Source: an uncultured Chloroflexia bacterium
Lineage (GTDB): Bacteria; Chloroflexota; Chloroflexia; Thermomicrobiales; UBA6265
Reading direction: 5' to 3'
DNA: 64,000 nucleotides
NCBI GenBank assembly: GCA_963849635.1
Contig: CAWKIA010000024.1
Span: forward strand, 33,615 to 97,614
Shown piece by piece: positions 43,125 through 51,658 of the stretch. Below the pieces are notes generated by a model. The model was not told the origin of the DNA and searched no databases. It saw only the letters and a list, made by a program, of their open reading frames with translations. A program made the translations under genes and the position numbers. The first letter of the stretch is position 1. Each line of letters starts with the position of its first letter.

Positions 43125-45119
43125 ATGACAGCCACCCTTGAAAGCCCAGCCGCAACGACGACACAGACGAAGCCACTCACCCCCGAGATCCTGGTCTACG
43201 GCTTTACCTCCGCTGGCGGGCCGCGGATCTCGCCGGATGGCACGACAATCGTCTATGCCCTGGGTAGGACCGATCAGGAGACCGGCAACTCCCAATCCCA
43301 CCTGTGGCGTTGCGCCATCGATGGCGGCAATGCCCGCCAGTTGACCTTCGGGACCTCGAAGAACGGCGGTCCGGTCTGGTCCCCGGACGGGAGCACTATC
43401 GCATTCACGTCCGACCGTGTCGATAAGCCCGCCAAGCAAGGAATCTTCGTCCTCTCGATCGCGGGCGGCGAGAGCCGCGAGGTGACGGGCCACACGGTGG
43501 AGATCTCTGGGCTCGCCTGGTCGCCGGATGGCGCCCACCTCGCCTACATCGCCTCGTTCGATCCCGACAACCCGGACGAAGTCGACCGCCCGGCCGACGC
43601 CCCGCCTCCGGTGCGCGTCTTCCGCCGGATCGACTACAAGCAGGACAACCGTGGCTACCTGGGCGACAAGCGTCTCCAGGTCTGGGTGGTCGATGTCGCC
43701 AGCGGCGTCCGCCGCATGGTCACCACCGATGCCGTCGACCACACCGATCCGGTCTGGTCTCCTGACGGCAAGATCATCGCGGTCAAGATCGCCAACCGGA
43801 ATGGGCTGTGCTCACAGCTCGGCCTGATCGACGTCGCCACCGGCGCGGTGACGCTCGTTGGTCCTCGGGACGGCGCCGTGGCCGTGTGGGCATTCACGCC
43901 GGATGGGAGCAAGATTCTCTACGCCGGCGACGAGACCCAGACCTGGCAGGCCGATTTCTTCCTCTACGACATCGCCGCCAGAACATCGCGCCGGCTGACC
44001 GATGACCTTCAAGTACTCCCGGACGCCGGGTTCCCAACGATTGCCTCGCCGTCGCAGCCCGTCTGGCTGCCGGACGGTCGCGCCCTGGTTCACGCCACCC
44101 GGGCGGGCGGCAGCGGTCTCTATGCCCTCAACGTCGAGACCGCCGAGGTGGAGACGCTCCACACCTGGCAGGCAGTGCTGGGCGGCCTGAGCATCGACGC
44201 AAGCGGGCGCTATGCGGTTCAGGGGTACACCAGCCTGGAATCGGTTGGCGAGATCGTCGTCACCGATCTCAACTCCCGGACCGCGAGGGTGATTACGACG
44301 TATTCGGAGCCGACCCTGGCGGACACGCCGGCAGCCAAGTGGGAGCGATTCGATATCGAGCGCGGCGGCCTGACGATCGAGGCCTGGCTCCTCTTCCCAC
44401 CCGACTTCGACCCGGCAAAGAAGTATCCGGTTGTGCTCGATGTGCACGGCGGACCCAACGGACACTACGGCTACGGGTTCAACGCGACCCAGCAGGCGCT
44501 CGCCGGGGCCGGCTTCCTGGTGGTCTTCTCCAACCCGCGTGGTTCAACCTCCTACGGCCGCGACTTTACCAGCCGGGTGACCAACGATTGGGGCGGCGAG
44601 GACTTCCTCGATCTGATGGGCGTGGTCGATGCCGTCCTGGAGCGCCCGTACGCTGATGCCGAGCGCACCGGCATCGTCGGCTACTCCTACGGCGGCTACA
44701 TGACTTCCTGGACGATCGGCCAGACGGATAGGTTCAAGGCGGCCGTCTGCGGGGCGCCCTGCTTCGACTTGGAGTCGATGTGGGGCACCAGCGACATCGG
44801 CCATGTTTTCGGACCGATGCAATGGGGCGGGACGCCCCATGTGAGTCCGGAGTGGTACGCGGCTCACTCTCCCTCGTACTTCGCCCACCGCGCGACCACG
44901 CCGACCCTGATCGTCCACGGCGAAGCCGACGACCGCTGCCCGATCGGCCAGGGCGAGCAGATGTTCGTGGCGCTCTCAGATGCAGGCTGTGAGGTCGAGT
45001 TCGCTCGCTATCCGGGCGGTTCTCACCTCTTCCTCCGCTCCGGCCCATCCGCCCACAAGGTCGACTACTACACGCGCGTCACCGGGTGGTTCCGCGACCA
45101 TCTCGGCGGAGCGAAGTGA
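43125..45119 (+). CDS. S9-family prolyl oligopeptidase / acylaminoacyl peptidase
   Basis: GGAGG RBS; PD40 propeller repeats (WSPDG); HGGP; GYSYGG nucleophile; DDRC; SH catalytic His. Confidence 0.95.
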   Translation: MTATLESPAATTTQTKPLTPEILVYGFTSAGGPRISPDGTTIVYALGRTDQETGNSQSHLWRCAIDGGNARQLTFGTSKNGGPVWSPDGSTIAFTSDRVDKPAKQGIFVLSIAGGESREVTGHTVEISGLAWSPDGAHLAYIASFDPDNPDEVDRPADAPPPVRVFRRIDYKQDNRGYLGDKRLQVWVVDVASGVRRMVTTDAVDHTDPVWSPDGKIIAVKIANRNGLCSQLGLIDVATGAVTLVGPRDGAVAVWAFTPDGSKILYAGDETQTWQADFFLYDIAARTSRRLTDDLQVLPDAGFPTIASPSQPVWLPDGRALVHATRAGGSGLYALNVETAEVETLHTWQAVLGGLSIDASGRYAVQGYTSLESVGEIVVTDLNSRTARVITTYSEPTLADTPAAKWERFDIERGGLTIEAWLLFPPDFDPAKKYPVVLDVHGGPNGHYGYGFNATQQALAGAGFLVVFSNPRGSTSYGRDFTSRVTNDWGGEDFLDLMGVVDAVLERPYADAERTGIVGYSYGGYMTSWTIGQTDRFKAAVCGAPCFDLESMWGTSDIGHVFGPMQWGGTPHVSPEWYAAHSPSYFAHRATTPTLIVHGEADDRCPIGQGEQMFVALSDAGCEVEFARYPGGSHLFLRSGPSAHKVDYYTRVTGWFRDHLGGAK

Positions 45120-45469
45120 GCGAATCTAGCGGGGAACATCGGCCCTTTCGCGCGAGCGAGGCACAGGCGAGAAGGAAGTTCAAGCATGCGCGCACGTTTG
45201 GCATCGAAGGGCCGTGCAACCGAGCATCCATCGCGCAGTTTATCCATGCCATGGAGATGCACGTTGCTGATCGAGAGAACGACGCGGTGCCGTGTGTCTT
45301 TGCTCGGGGAGCCTCGAAGGGCGGGTATCCCGTGCTCGTCTACGTGGACTGGCGGAGCGGTTTGGCCGTCATCACCGATCTGACTGGTCAGTACGTGACC
45401 AGTTACGAGCTTTCACCTGACCAACGGCAGGCACTGATAGCGGTTGGGCGACTTGGCGGTGGACCGTAG
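45116..45469 (+). CDS. Stand-alone colicin D-like tRNase toxin domain
   Basis: QARRKFKHARTFGIEGPCNRASIAQFIHAMEMHVAD aligns by eye with colicin D QLDKKYKHAGDFGI..KNRETLTKFRDAIEEHLSD. Ends YELSPDQRQALIAVGRLGGG. GTG start overlaps the upstream TGA. Confidence 0.75.
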   Translation: MSESSGEHRPFRASEAQARRKFKHARTFGIEGPCNRASIAQFIHAMEMHVADRENDAVPCVFARGASKGGYPVLVYVDWRSGLAVITDLTGQYVTSYELSPDQRQALIAVGRLGGGP

Positions 45470-45558
45470 GAACTTGATCCGTTGAGAGCCGCTAGAATGA
45501 ATGAGCGTCGGGCGCGGACGTCGAAGAGAACGTCGCCAGCGCGAGGAGAAATGCGGAC

Positions 45559-45861
45559 ATGCCAGCACGATTGCCAGCATCACCACGTTCGCTGGATGAA
45601 TACGTTTCGCTCATGGATGCGTTCTCCGGCGGACGGCTTCCGGTGGACGTGTTCGAGCGGCGATATCTCGACCTGTTCCAATCCGACCAGACGATGCGTG
45701 GAGAGTTCATCTTCCGCACAATTGAGGACGTCTTCTTCGCGGTCGATGAGTATTGCGGTGATCCCGACCTGCGGGGCGAGTACGACATCGACGAGGACCA
45801 ACTGCGGGAGCGGGTTCGGGCCGCGCTTGAAGCACTCGCCAACGTCAGGGCACCTGTCTAG
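45559..45861 (+). CDS. Colicin D immunity-like protein
   Basis: GAGGAG RBS; acidic helical 100-aa protein, LMDAFSGGRLPVDVFERRYL ... EDVFFAVDEY..D.DLRGEYDIDEDQLRERVRAALE, matching the ImmD pattern. Confidence 0.78.
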   Translation: MPARLPASPRSLDEYVSLMDAFSGGRLPVDVFERRYLDLFQSDQTMRGEFIFRTIEDVFFAVDEYCGDPDLRGEYDIDEDQLRERVRAALEALANVRAPV

Positions 45862-46141
45862 GCCAATGGTCAGCACTTAGACATCATTGGCGTTCGCCCC
45901 GTCAGCATCGATCGCAATCCTGACAATGGCGTTGCCCCCTCACCCTCGTGTAGGGATGCCGCGCGAATCCCGCGTCTTTAGAGTGAAGGGCGGGATGCGG
46001 TTGTATACTCGCGGGGACTGTTTGTCCCCTTGCCGGGCTGTACGTTGAGAGCGCAAGATCGCCGATCACCGACCCGGATCGACGCCGAAGTCCAACTGTC
46101 CTGCCGGCTACTCGGCTTTGCCGCCCTAGCCGACCGAGAAA

Positions 46142-48244
46142 GTGAGCCAATCCATGTTCCGCTGCAAGGTCTGTGGCTGGATCCACGAAGGGGAGACACC
46201 GCCGGATAGCTGCCCGTCTTGCGGGTCGCCGGCGGATCGCTTCCGGCCGATGACCGGACAGGAGGTCGGCCTGGCGGCCGGCGACCTGTCGGCGTACGGG
46301 ATCGTCGGCCAGGGCTACGACATGGATGTCGAGGACGGGCGGCGGATTCGTCTGCTCGCCTTCGTCGATGCCTCCTTCTACGCACCATTTGCCCGGCGGC
46401 AGGGCAAGCGCTACCCGATTTTTACCGGCGACGCGCAGTGGTTCTCCGACAACATTCCCTGCATGAGCGCCTGCCCGGCCCACACCGATATCTCGCGCTA
46501 CATCGCCTTCATCGCCGACGGGCGCTACGCCGACTCCTTCGAGCTCAACCGTGAGCACAACGTCTTTCCTGGTTGCCTGGGTCGGATGTGCGCCCGGCCT
46601 TGTGAGGAAGCATGCCGGCGGAAAGAGGTCGATGCTCCGATCGGCATCTGCTACCTAAAGCGGGTTGCGGCTGACTACCGTGGCGAGACCCGGCGGGAGA
46701 CACCGCCGCCGCCGAACGGTCTGACCGCCGCCGTCATCGGGGCCGGGGCCGCTGGGTTGACGACTGCCCGGCAACTCGGCCGCAAGGGCTATGCGGTCAC
46801 GGTCTACGAAAAATTTCCGGTTCCAGGTGGCGTGATGTGGACGGGGGTACCGGAATGGCGTCTACCGCGCGACGTGATCATGGACGAGGTCGAGCTGATC
46901 ACCGATCTTGGCATCGAGATCAAGTACGGAGTTGAGATCGGCAAAGACATTACGATGCAGCAGCTCTCCGACGGTCATGATGTCGTCGTGATCGCGGCCG
47001 GTTGCCAGACTGCGTCCCCGCTCGGTATTCCGGGGGAGGATATGCAGGGAGTCGTCTCCGGGCTGCAGTTCCTGGAGGATGTCGCCCTGGGTCAGAAGGA
47101 AGTTTGGGTCGGGCAGCGGGTCGTCACCGTCGGTGGTGGATTCACCTCGATGGACTGCGTTCGCACTGTCCTCCGAATGGGGTCTGAGCGGTCGGTGATG
47201 ACCTATCGCCGGTCGATCCAGGAGATCCCGGTCGATGAGCTTGAGCTGGAGGAAGCCGAGATCGAAGGCGTCGAGATCATGTACATGGTCTCGCCCGTGC
47301 GGGTCGTCGGCGAGCGCGGCCGGGTCACCGGGATCGAGCTGATCAAGAACGATCTGGGCGAGCCGGATGCTCAGGGGAGGCGCCGGCCGGAGCCAGTTGC
47401 CGGGAGCGAGTTTGTTATCCCCTGCGACATGATCCTGGTCGCGATCGGCCAACGGCAGGACAACAATTTGCTTGGCGACATGCTGCCGGAGCGCGATCGC
47501 CGCGGGGTGCCCCTGCTCGATCAGAATCTCAAGACGGCGCTGCCGAACGTGTGGGCAGTGGGCGACTACGTCATCAATCCGACCAACTTCATCTCCTCGA
47601 TCGGCGAGGGCAAGCGGGTGGCGGATCTGATCGATGAGGAGTTGCGCGGGGCGCGGCCACGGGTCCGGGAGATGGAGATCACTCGGGTTCCGACCGAGTT
47701 CGTTGCGACGCCGAATCCGCTCGTTGCCGAGGGTGTGGCCGAGTGGAGTTTGACCGCGATGAGCCGCCGCCTTGTTTGGGGCGACGATTATGCGGGCGTC
47801 GGCCGCCAGGAGATGCCGACCCTGCCGGTGCCGAATCGTGGCCTGGGGACGGGCGACTACACGCTGGAGACGGAGCTCGGCTACACCAAGCCGATCGGGT
47901 TCGAGGAGGCGAAGCGTTGCCTCCAGTGCCAGCTGAACATCTTCATCGACGGCAACCGCTGCATCCTGTGCAATGGCTGCGTCGATGCCTGCCCGCACCA
48001 GTGCATCGAGATGATCTCGCTCGACCGGATCTACTCGATCGACAACGACATCGAGCTGGCGGAGATGGCCCGTGGTGAGCTGGGCCCAAACGCGACGGCG
48101 ATGATCATCGACGAGCGGTCCTGCATCCGCTGCGGCATCTGCGTCGACTGGTGCCCGACCGAGTGCCTGACGATGGACCACTTCCGGGTCACTCCGGCCG
48201 AGCCACGCGAGAGCGTCGATCTGGCGATCGTGGCGGACGGGTAG
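46142..48244 (+). CDS. NAD(P)H-dependent Fe-S flavoprotein (GltD/DsrL-like) with N-terminal rubredoxin-like domain and C-terminal 2x[4Fe-4S] ferredoxin
   Basis: CKVCG..CPSC; PCMSACPAH; CGRMC-type CLGRMCARPCEEAC; VIGAGAAG; VGGGFTSMD; CILCNGCVDACP and CIRCGICVDWCP. Confidence 0.88.
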   Translation: MSQSMFRCKVCGWIHEGETPPDSCPSCGSPADRFRPMTGQEVGLAAGDLSAYGIVGQGYDMDVEDGRRIRLLAFVDASFYAPFARRQGKRYPIFTGDAQWFSDNIPCMSACPAHTDISRYIAFIADGRYADSFELNREHNVFPGCLGRMCARPCEEACRRKEVDAPIGICYLKRVAADYRGETRRETPPPPNGLTAAVIGAGAAGLTTARQLGRKGYAVTVYEKFPVPGGVMWTGVPEWRLPRDVIMDEVELITDLGIEIKYGVEIGKDITMQQLSDGHDVVVIAAGCQTASPLGIPGEDMQGVVSGLQFLEDVALGQKEVWVGQRVVTVGGGFTSMDCVRTVLRMGSERSVMTYRRSIQEIPVDELELEEAEIEGVEIMYMVSPVRVVGERGRVTGIELIKNDLGEPDAQGRRRPEPVAGSEFVIPCDMILVAIGQRQDNNLLGDMLPERDRRGVPLLDQNLKTALPNVWAVGDYVINPTNFISSIGEGKRVADLIDEELRGARPRVREMEITRVPTEFVATPNPLVAEGVAEWSLTAMSRRLVWGDDYAGVGRQEMPTLPVPNRGLGTGDYTLETELGYTKPIGFEEAKRCLQCQLNIFIDGNRCILCNGCVDACPHQCIEMISLDRIYSIDNDIELAEMARGELGPNATAMIIDERSCIRCGICVDWCPTECLTMDHFRVTPAEPRESVDLAIVADG

Positions 48245-48248
48245 ATCC

Positions 48249-48277
48249 GAGTCGTGAGTCGTGAGTCGTGAGTGAGT
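48249..48277. repeat. Heptamer tandem repeat (GAGTCGT)3
   Basis: Three full units at 48249-69 plus GAGTGAGT, directly after the stop codon. Confidence 0.7.
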
Positions 48278-48312
48278 AGCCCCCTCTTCCGAATCGGGAG
48301 AGGGGGCTTTGT
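48278..48312 (+). terminator. Intrinsic terminator
   Basis: AGCCCCCTCTTCCG-AAT-CGGGAGAGGGGGCT followed by TTGTGTT. Confidence 0.7.
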
Positions 48313-48784
48313 GTTGGTGGGCAATCGATGGCCCAGTTTCCGAGTGGCGCTTTTGCCCTGATCGCGGGTTGGGGATCCGGGGGCGCGTGACCGGCGGCGC
48401 TGCGATCTGCGAGGGAGGTCCTCCGGGAGCGCGGGCGGGGACGGGATGACGGCTGGTCTCCGAGCCGGACGCGGTGAGGCGCTGACCAGGCCCGCAGCCG
48501 CGCCGGAAGTGCGTCTTGGTGCGACCAAAGCAGGGCGAATGCTCTTGTCAAGGGCAGGGGGCGAGGTCCGAAGCTGACGAGAGCGTTCTATGTACCCCTT
48601 TTCCTCGCTAACGAATGCCCCATACCTGAGTAGCTCCCTTCTTTCTTCTCGGCGAAACAGGTATTGCCAATGGGTAATTGGAACGGTTCCGGCCGTGACG
48701 CGGCCGGGCACTATCGAGTCATGCCCGTCGACACCTGGGCCACGACATTTCGAACTGACACCGAATGAGATAGAGGAGGTTGCA

Positions 48785-50419
48785 ATGCATATGGCGCGCG
48801 GAATTCCGGCGGTACCGGTCCCCGTTCATGACGACGTGGATCGTTCGAGCGTGAAGTACCAGCGGCGCTGGTGGACGCTCGGCGTTCTTTCGCTCAGTCT
48901 GCTCATCATCGGCCTCGACAATACCATCCTCAACGTGGCCATCCCGACGCTGCAGCGTGAGTTCAACGCCACGTCCTCCCAGCTGCAGTGGATGGTCGAT
49001 GCCTACGTCGTCGTCTTCGCCGGTCTGCTGCTGACGATGGGAGCGCTCGGTGACCGCTTCGGGCGAGGCAAGGCGCTGCAGGCAGGTCTGGCTATCTTCG
49101 GACTCGCCAGTCTCTGGGCCGCCTATGCCGGCTCGTCCGACTCGTTGATCAGCGCTCGGGCGGTGATGGGTATCGGAGGCGCTCTGATCATGCCGGCAAC
49201 CCTCTCGATCATCAGCGACGTGTTTCCGCGGGAAGAGCGGGGCAAGGCGATTGCGATCTGGTCCGCCGTGGCGGGGATCGGGATCGGACTGGGACCGCTT
49301 TTGGGTGGTCTGCTCCTCGAGTGGTTTTGGTGGGGTAGCGTCTTCCTGGTCAACGTTCCGGTCGCGCTCGGCGCCCTCGTTCTCGGCAAATGGCTGGTTC
49401 CGGACAGCCGCGACCCGCACCCTGCCCGAATCGACGTGCCTGGGGCGCTCCTCTCCATCTCTGGCATATCGCTCATCGTCTACGCCATCATCGAGGCCCC
49501 GACCCACGGCTGGTTCGACGTGAGGACGCTTGCCGCGTTCGCGGTCTCGGCCGGTCTCGCCGCTGCCTTCTTCTGGTGGGAACGGCGGACCGATCATCCG
49601 ATGCTCGATCTGAGCTTCTTCAGCAACCCGCGCTTCTCGCTCGGGGCCGGTGCGATCGGGTTGACCTTCTTCGCCTTGTTCGGGACGATCTTCGCCTTCA
49701 CCCAGTACCTGCAGTTCGTTCGTGGTTTCACCGCCCTGGATGCCGGCATTCGCCTGATTCCGCTGGCGCTCGGGATCATGGTCGGCGCTGGTCGCAGTCA
49801 CCATCTGGTCAAGAAGCTGGGCACGAATAGGGTCGTGGCGGCCGGGATGTTGATTGTGGCCATCGTTCTGGCGACCTTCACTTTCTGGGACGTCGAGACC
49901 AGCGAGTGGGTGATCGGATTCGCAATCTTCTTCCTCGCGCTTGGCATGGGCAACGTGATGGCGCCCGCGACCGACGCAGTGATGGGCGCTGTCCCGGAGG
50001 CGAAGGCGGGCGTGGGTTCGGCGATGAACGATGTCGTCCGCCAGGTGGCCGGTGCCCTCGGGGTCGCCATCATCGGGTCGATCATGAACTCGGTCTACGG
50101 CAGCAACATGGCTGACCCGACGTCGGGGTTGCCGGCGCAGGCTGCGGGGCCAGCCAGGGACTCGGTCGGTGCGGCGCTGGTGGTCGCCGGCCAACTCGGC
50201 GGAGCGGCTGGGGATGCTCTGGCAGCGACTGCGCGGACGGCCTTCGTGGATGCGATGGGGGTCGCGGCGCTGGTCGCGGCGGCAGTGGCTTTAGCTGGCG
50301 GTCTCGTCGTCGCCAAGTGGCTGCCGGCCGGGCATGTCGCCGCGAAGGAGGAGGCATCCGCCCTCGATGTCCCAGTTCGGCACGGCGCGATGGCCAGCCA
50401 AGTGGCAATCGGCGACTGA
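48785..50419 (+). CDS. DHA2-family MFS efflux transporter
   Basis: GAGGAGG RBS; GLDNTILNVAIP; GALGDRFGRGK; GSAMNDVVRQ. Confidence 0.94.
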   Translation: MHMARGIPAVPVPVHDDVDRSSVKYQRRWWTLGVLSLSLLIIGLDNTILNVAIPTLQREFNATSSQLQWMVDAYVVVFAGLLLTMGALGDRFGRGKALQAGLAIFGLASLWAAYAGSSDSLISARAVMGIGGALIMPATLSIISDVFPREERGKAIAIWSAVAGIGIGLGPLLGGLLLEWFWWGSVFLVNVPVALGALVLGKWLVPDSRDPHPARIDVPGALLSISGISLIVYAIIEAPTHGWFDVRTLAAFAVSAGLAAAFFWWERRTDHPMLDLSFFSNPRFSLGAGAIGLTFFALFGTIFAFTQYLQFVRGFTALDAGIRLIPLALGIMVGAGRSHHLVKKLGTNRVVAAGMLIVAIVLATFTFWDVETSEWVIGFAIFFLALGMGNVMAPATDAVMGAVPEAKAGVGSAMNDVVRQVAGALGVAIIGSIMNSVYGSNMADPTSGLPAQAAGPARDSVGAALVVAGQLGGAAGDALAATARTAFVDAMGVAALVAAAVALAGGLVVAKWLPAGHVAAKEEASALDVPVRHGAMASQVAIGD

Positions 50420-50442
50420 CGATTCCCTGCTGCATGCGATCG

Positions 50443-50479
50443 TTGACCGCCGCTCCTGTGGGAGCGGCGGTCAATTTTT
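50443..50479 (+). terminator. Intrinsic terminator
   Basis: Perfect 14-bp stem TTGACCGCCGCTCC/GGAGCGGCGGTCAA followed by TTTTT. Confidence 0.85.
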
Positions 50480-50899
50480 CGCCCGAGCGGTGATCCGCCA
50501 GGTGGCGGCGCCACGATGTAAACCATCCCGCAATGACGTGAGTCCCCGAGGCTGAGCATGGCGACCAGGAGGTTCCATGTCCTCGTTTCGCAGAAATCCG
50601 GCCAAAGACTGGTTGAATGCGAGGATGGTGCTCCGATTTCCTGAGACGCAGTGCCGTGGCGATAATATTGCTGATAAGCAATCCATCCGCTAGGAGGCCC
50701 CACGAGTGGGAGGCGGCGGATCTTGGAGCGCGGGAGCCGGACAATGCCGTGACCAGGGCCGGTCTGGAGGCATGGTTTCGGGGATTGGTTGCGGTCAGGC
50801 GTGGCAGGGCACACTCCGCGTGATCTCACTCACATCTGTGTCGCCTGGAGTAATCGGTGCCATGAGGTATCGGTCGAATTAGGCGAGAGGAGGATTCCC

Positions 50900-51397
50900 A
50901 TGCGTCTGCAGCGCGTTGTCCCTGGATCCTTGGCCCTGTTGCTGGCGATCATCCTTGCCGCGGCGCTGGTCGCGGTTGGCGGCGTCGATGCCGGCGCCAA
51001 CGGTGGGCGGCCGTTCACCGTCGTCCTCAGCGGCGACCAGGAGGTGGCGCCGGCGATCGGCGACAAGGAGGGGACTCCGGGAGCGGACGGCGTCGCCGGC
51101 TCGGGTGTGGCGACCTTGACGCTCAACCCGGGCCAGGGGGAAGTATGCTATTCCTTCGCGGTTGCCGACATTCAGTTACCGGCTTCCCTGGCGCATATCC
51201 ATCAGGCGCCCGCCGGGGTGAACGGGCCGGTCGTCGTTACCTTCGTCCCGCCCGGCGAGGACGGTACGTCCTCCGGCTGCGTCGCGGTCGACCGAGCGCT
51301 GGTGAGAGACATCATCAAGAATCCCGAGCAGTTCTACGTCAACGTCCACACCCCGGAGTTTGGGGCGGGGGCTCTGCGCGGTCAGATCGGCAAGTAG
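50900..51397 (+). CDS. Secreted CHRD-domain protein
   Basis: GAGGAGG RBS; signal peptide; LSGDQEV, AHIHQAPAGVNGPVVV, FYVNVHTPEFGAGALRGQI. Confidence 0.9.
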   Translation: MRLQRVVPGSLALLLAIILAAALVAVGGVDAGANGGRPFTVVLSGDQEVAPAIGDKEGTPGADGVAGSGVATLTLNPGQGEVCYSFAVADIQLPASLAHIHQAPAGVNGPVVVTFVPPGEDGTSSGCVAVDRALVRDIIKNPEQFYVNVHTPEFGAGALRGQIGK

Positions 51398-51433
51398 CCC
51401 CAACAGGCCGCTACGCGAATCGATGGTCATTGG

Positions 51434-51470
51434 ACCGCGCCGCGGCGGGCGTCGCCCGCCGCGGCGCGGT
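51434..51470. terminator. Perfect 17-bp hairpin between convergent genes
   Basis: ACCGCGCCGCGGCGGGC-GTC-GCCCGCCGCGGCGCGGT. Confidence 0.55.
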
Positions 51471-51658
51471 GATGGCGGCTTGCTACTGGCCGGATATCTC
51501 ACCGCGAAAGAGGTGCCCGGCGGCCAACCAATAGTCAGATGAGGATCAGCACTCCGCGACGTATGAGGCGCATCCTTCCAGGATGGGTGGGTCGGCTGAA
51601 GGAGTGATCAGCCGTCGGCGGGGGGACGAACGCCTCCATTGCCGTCTTTCATCGCGCC

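Noticed and set aside
48590-48784. 65-aa N-terminal extension of the MFS in the ORF track
   Set aside because: A strong GAGGAGG RBS precedes ATG 48785; the upstream stretch looks like promoter sequence.
46862-50194. Long minus-strand ORFs 46862..48181 and 48719..50194
   Set aside because: Antisense shadows of the Fe-S flavoprotein and MFS genes.
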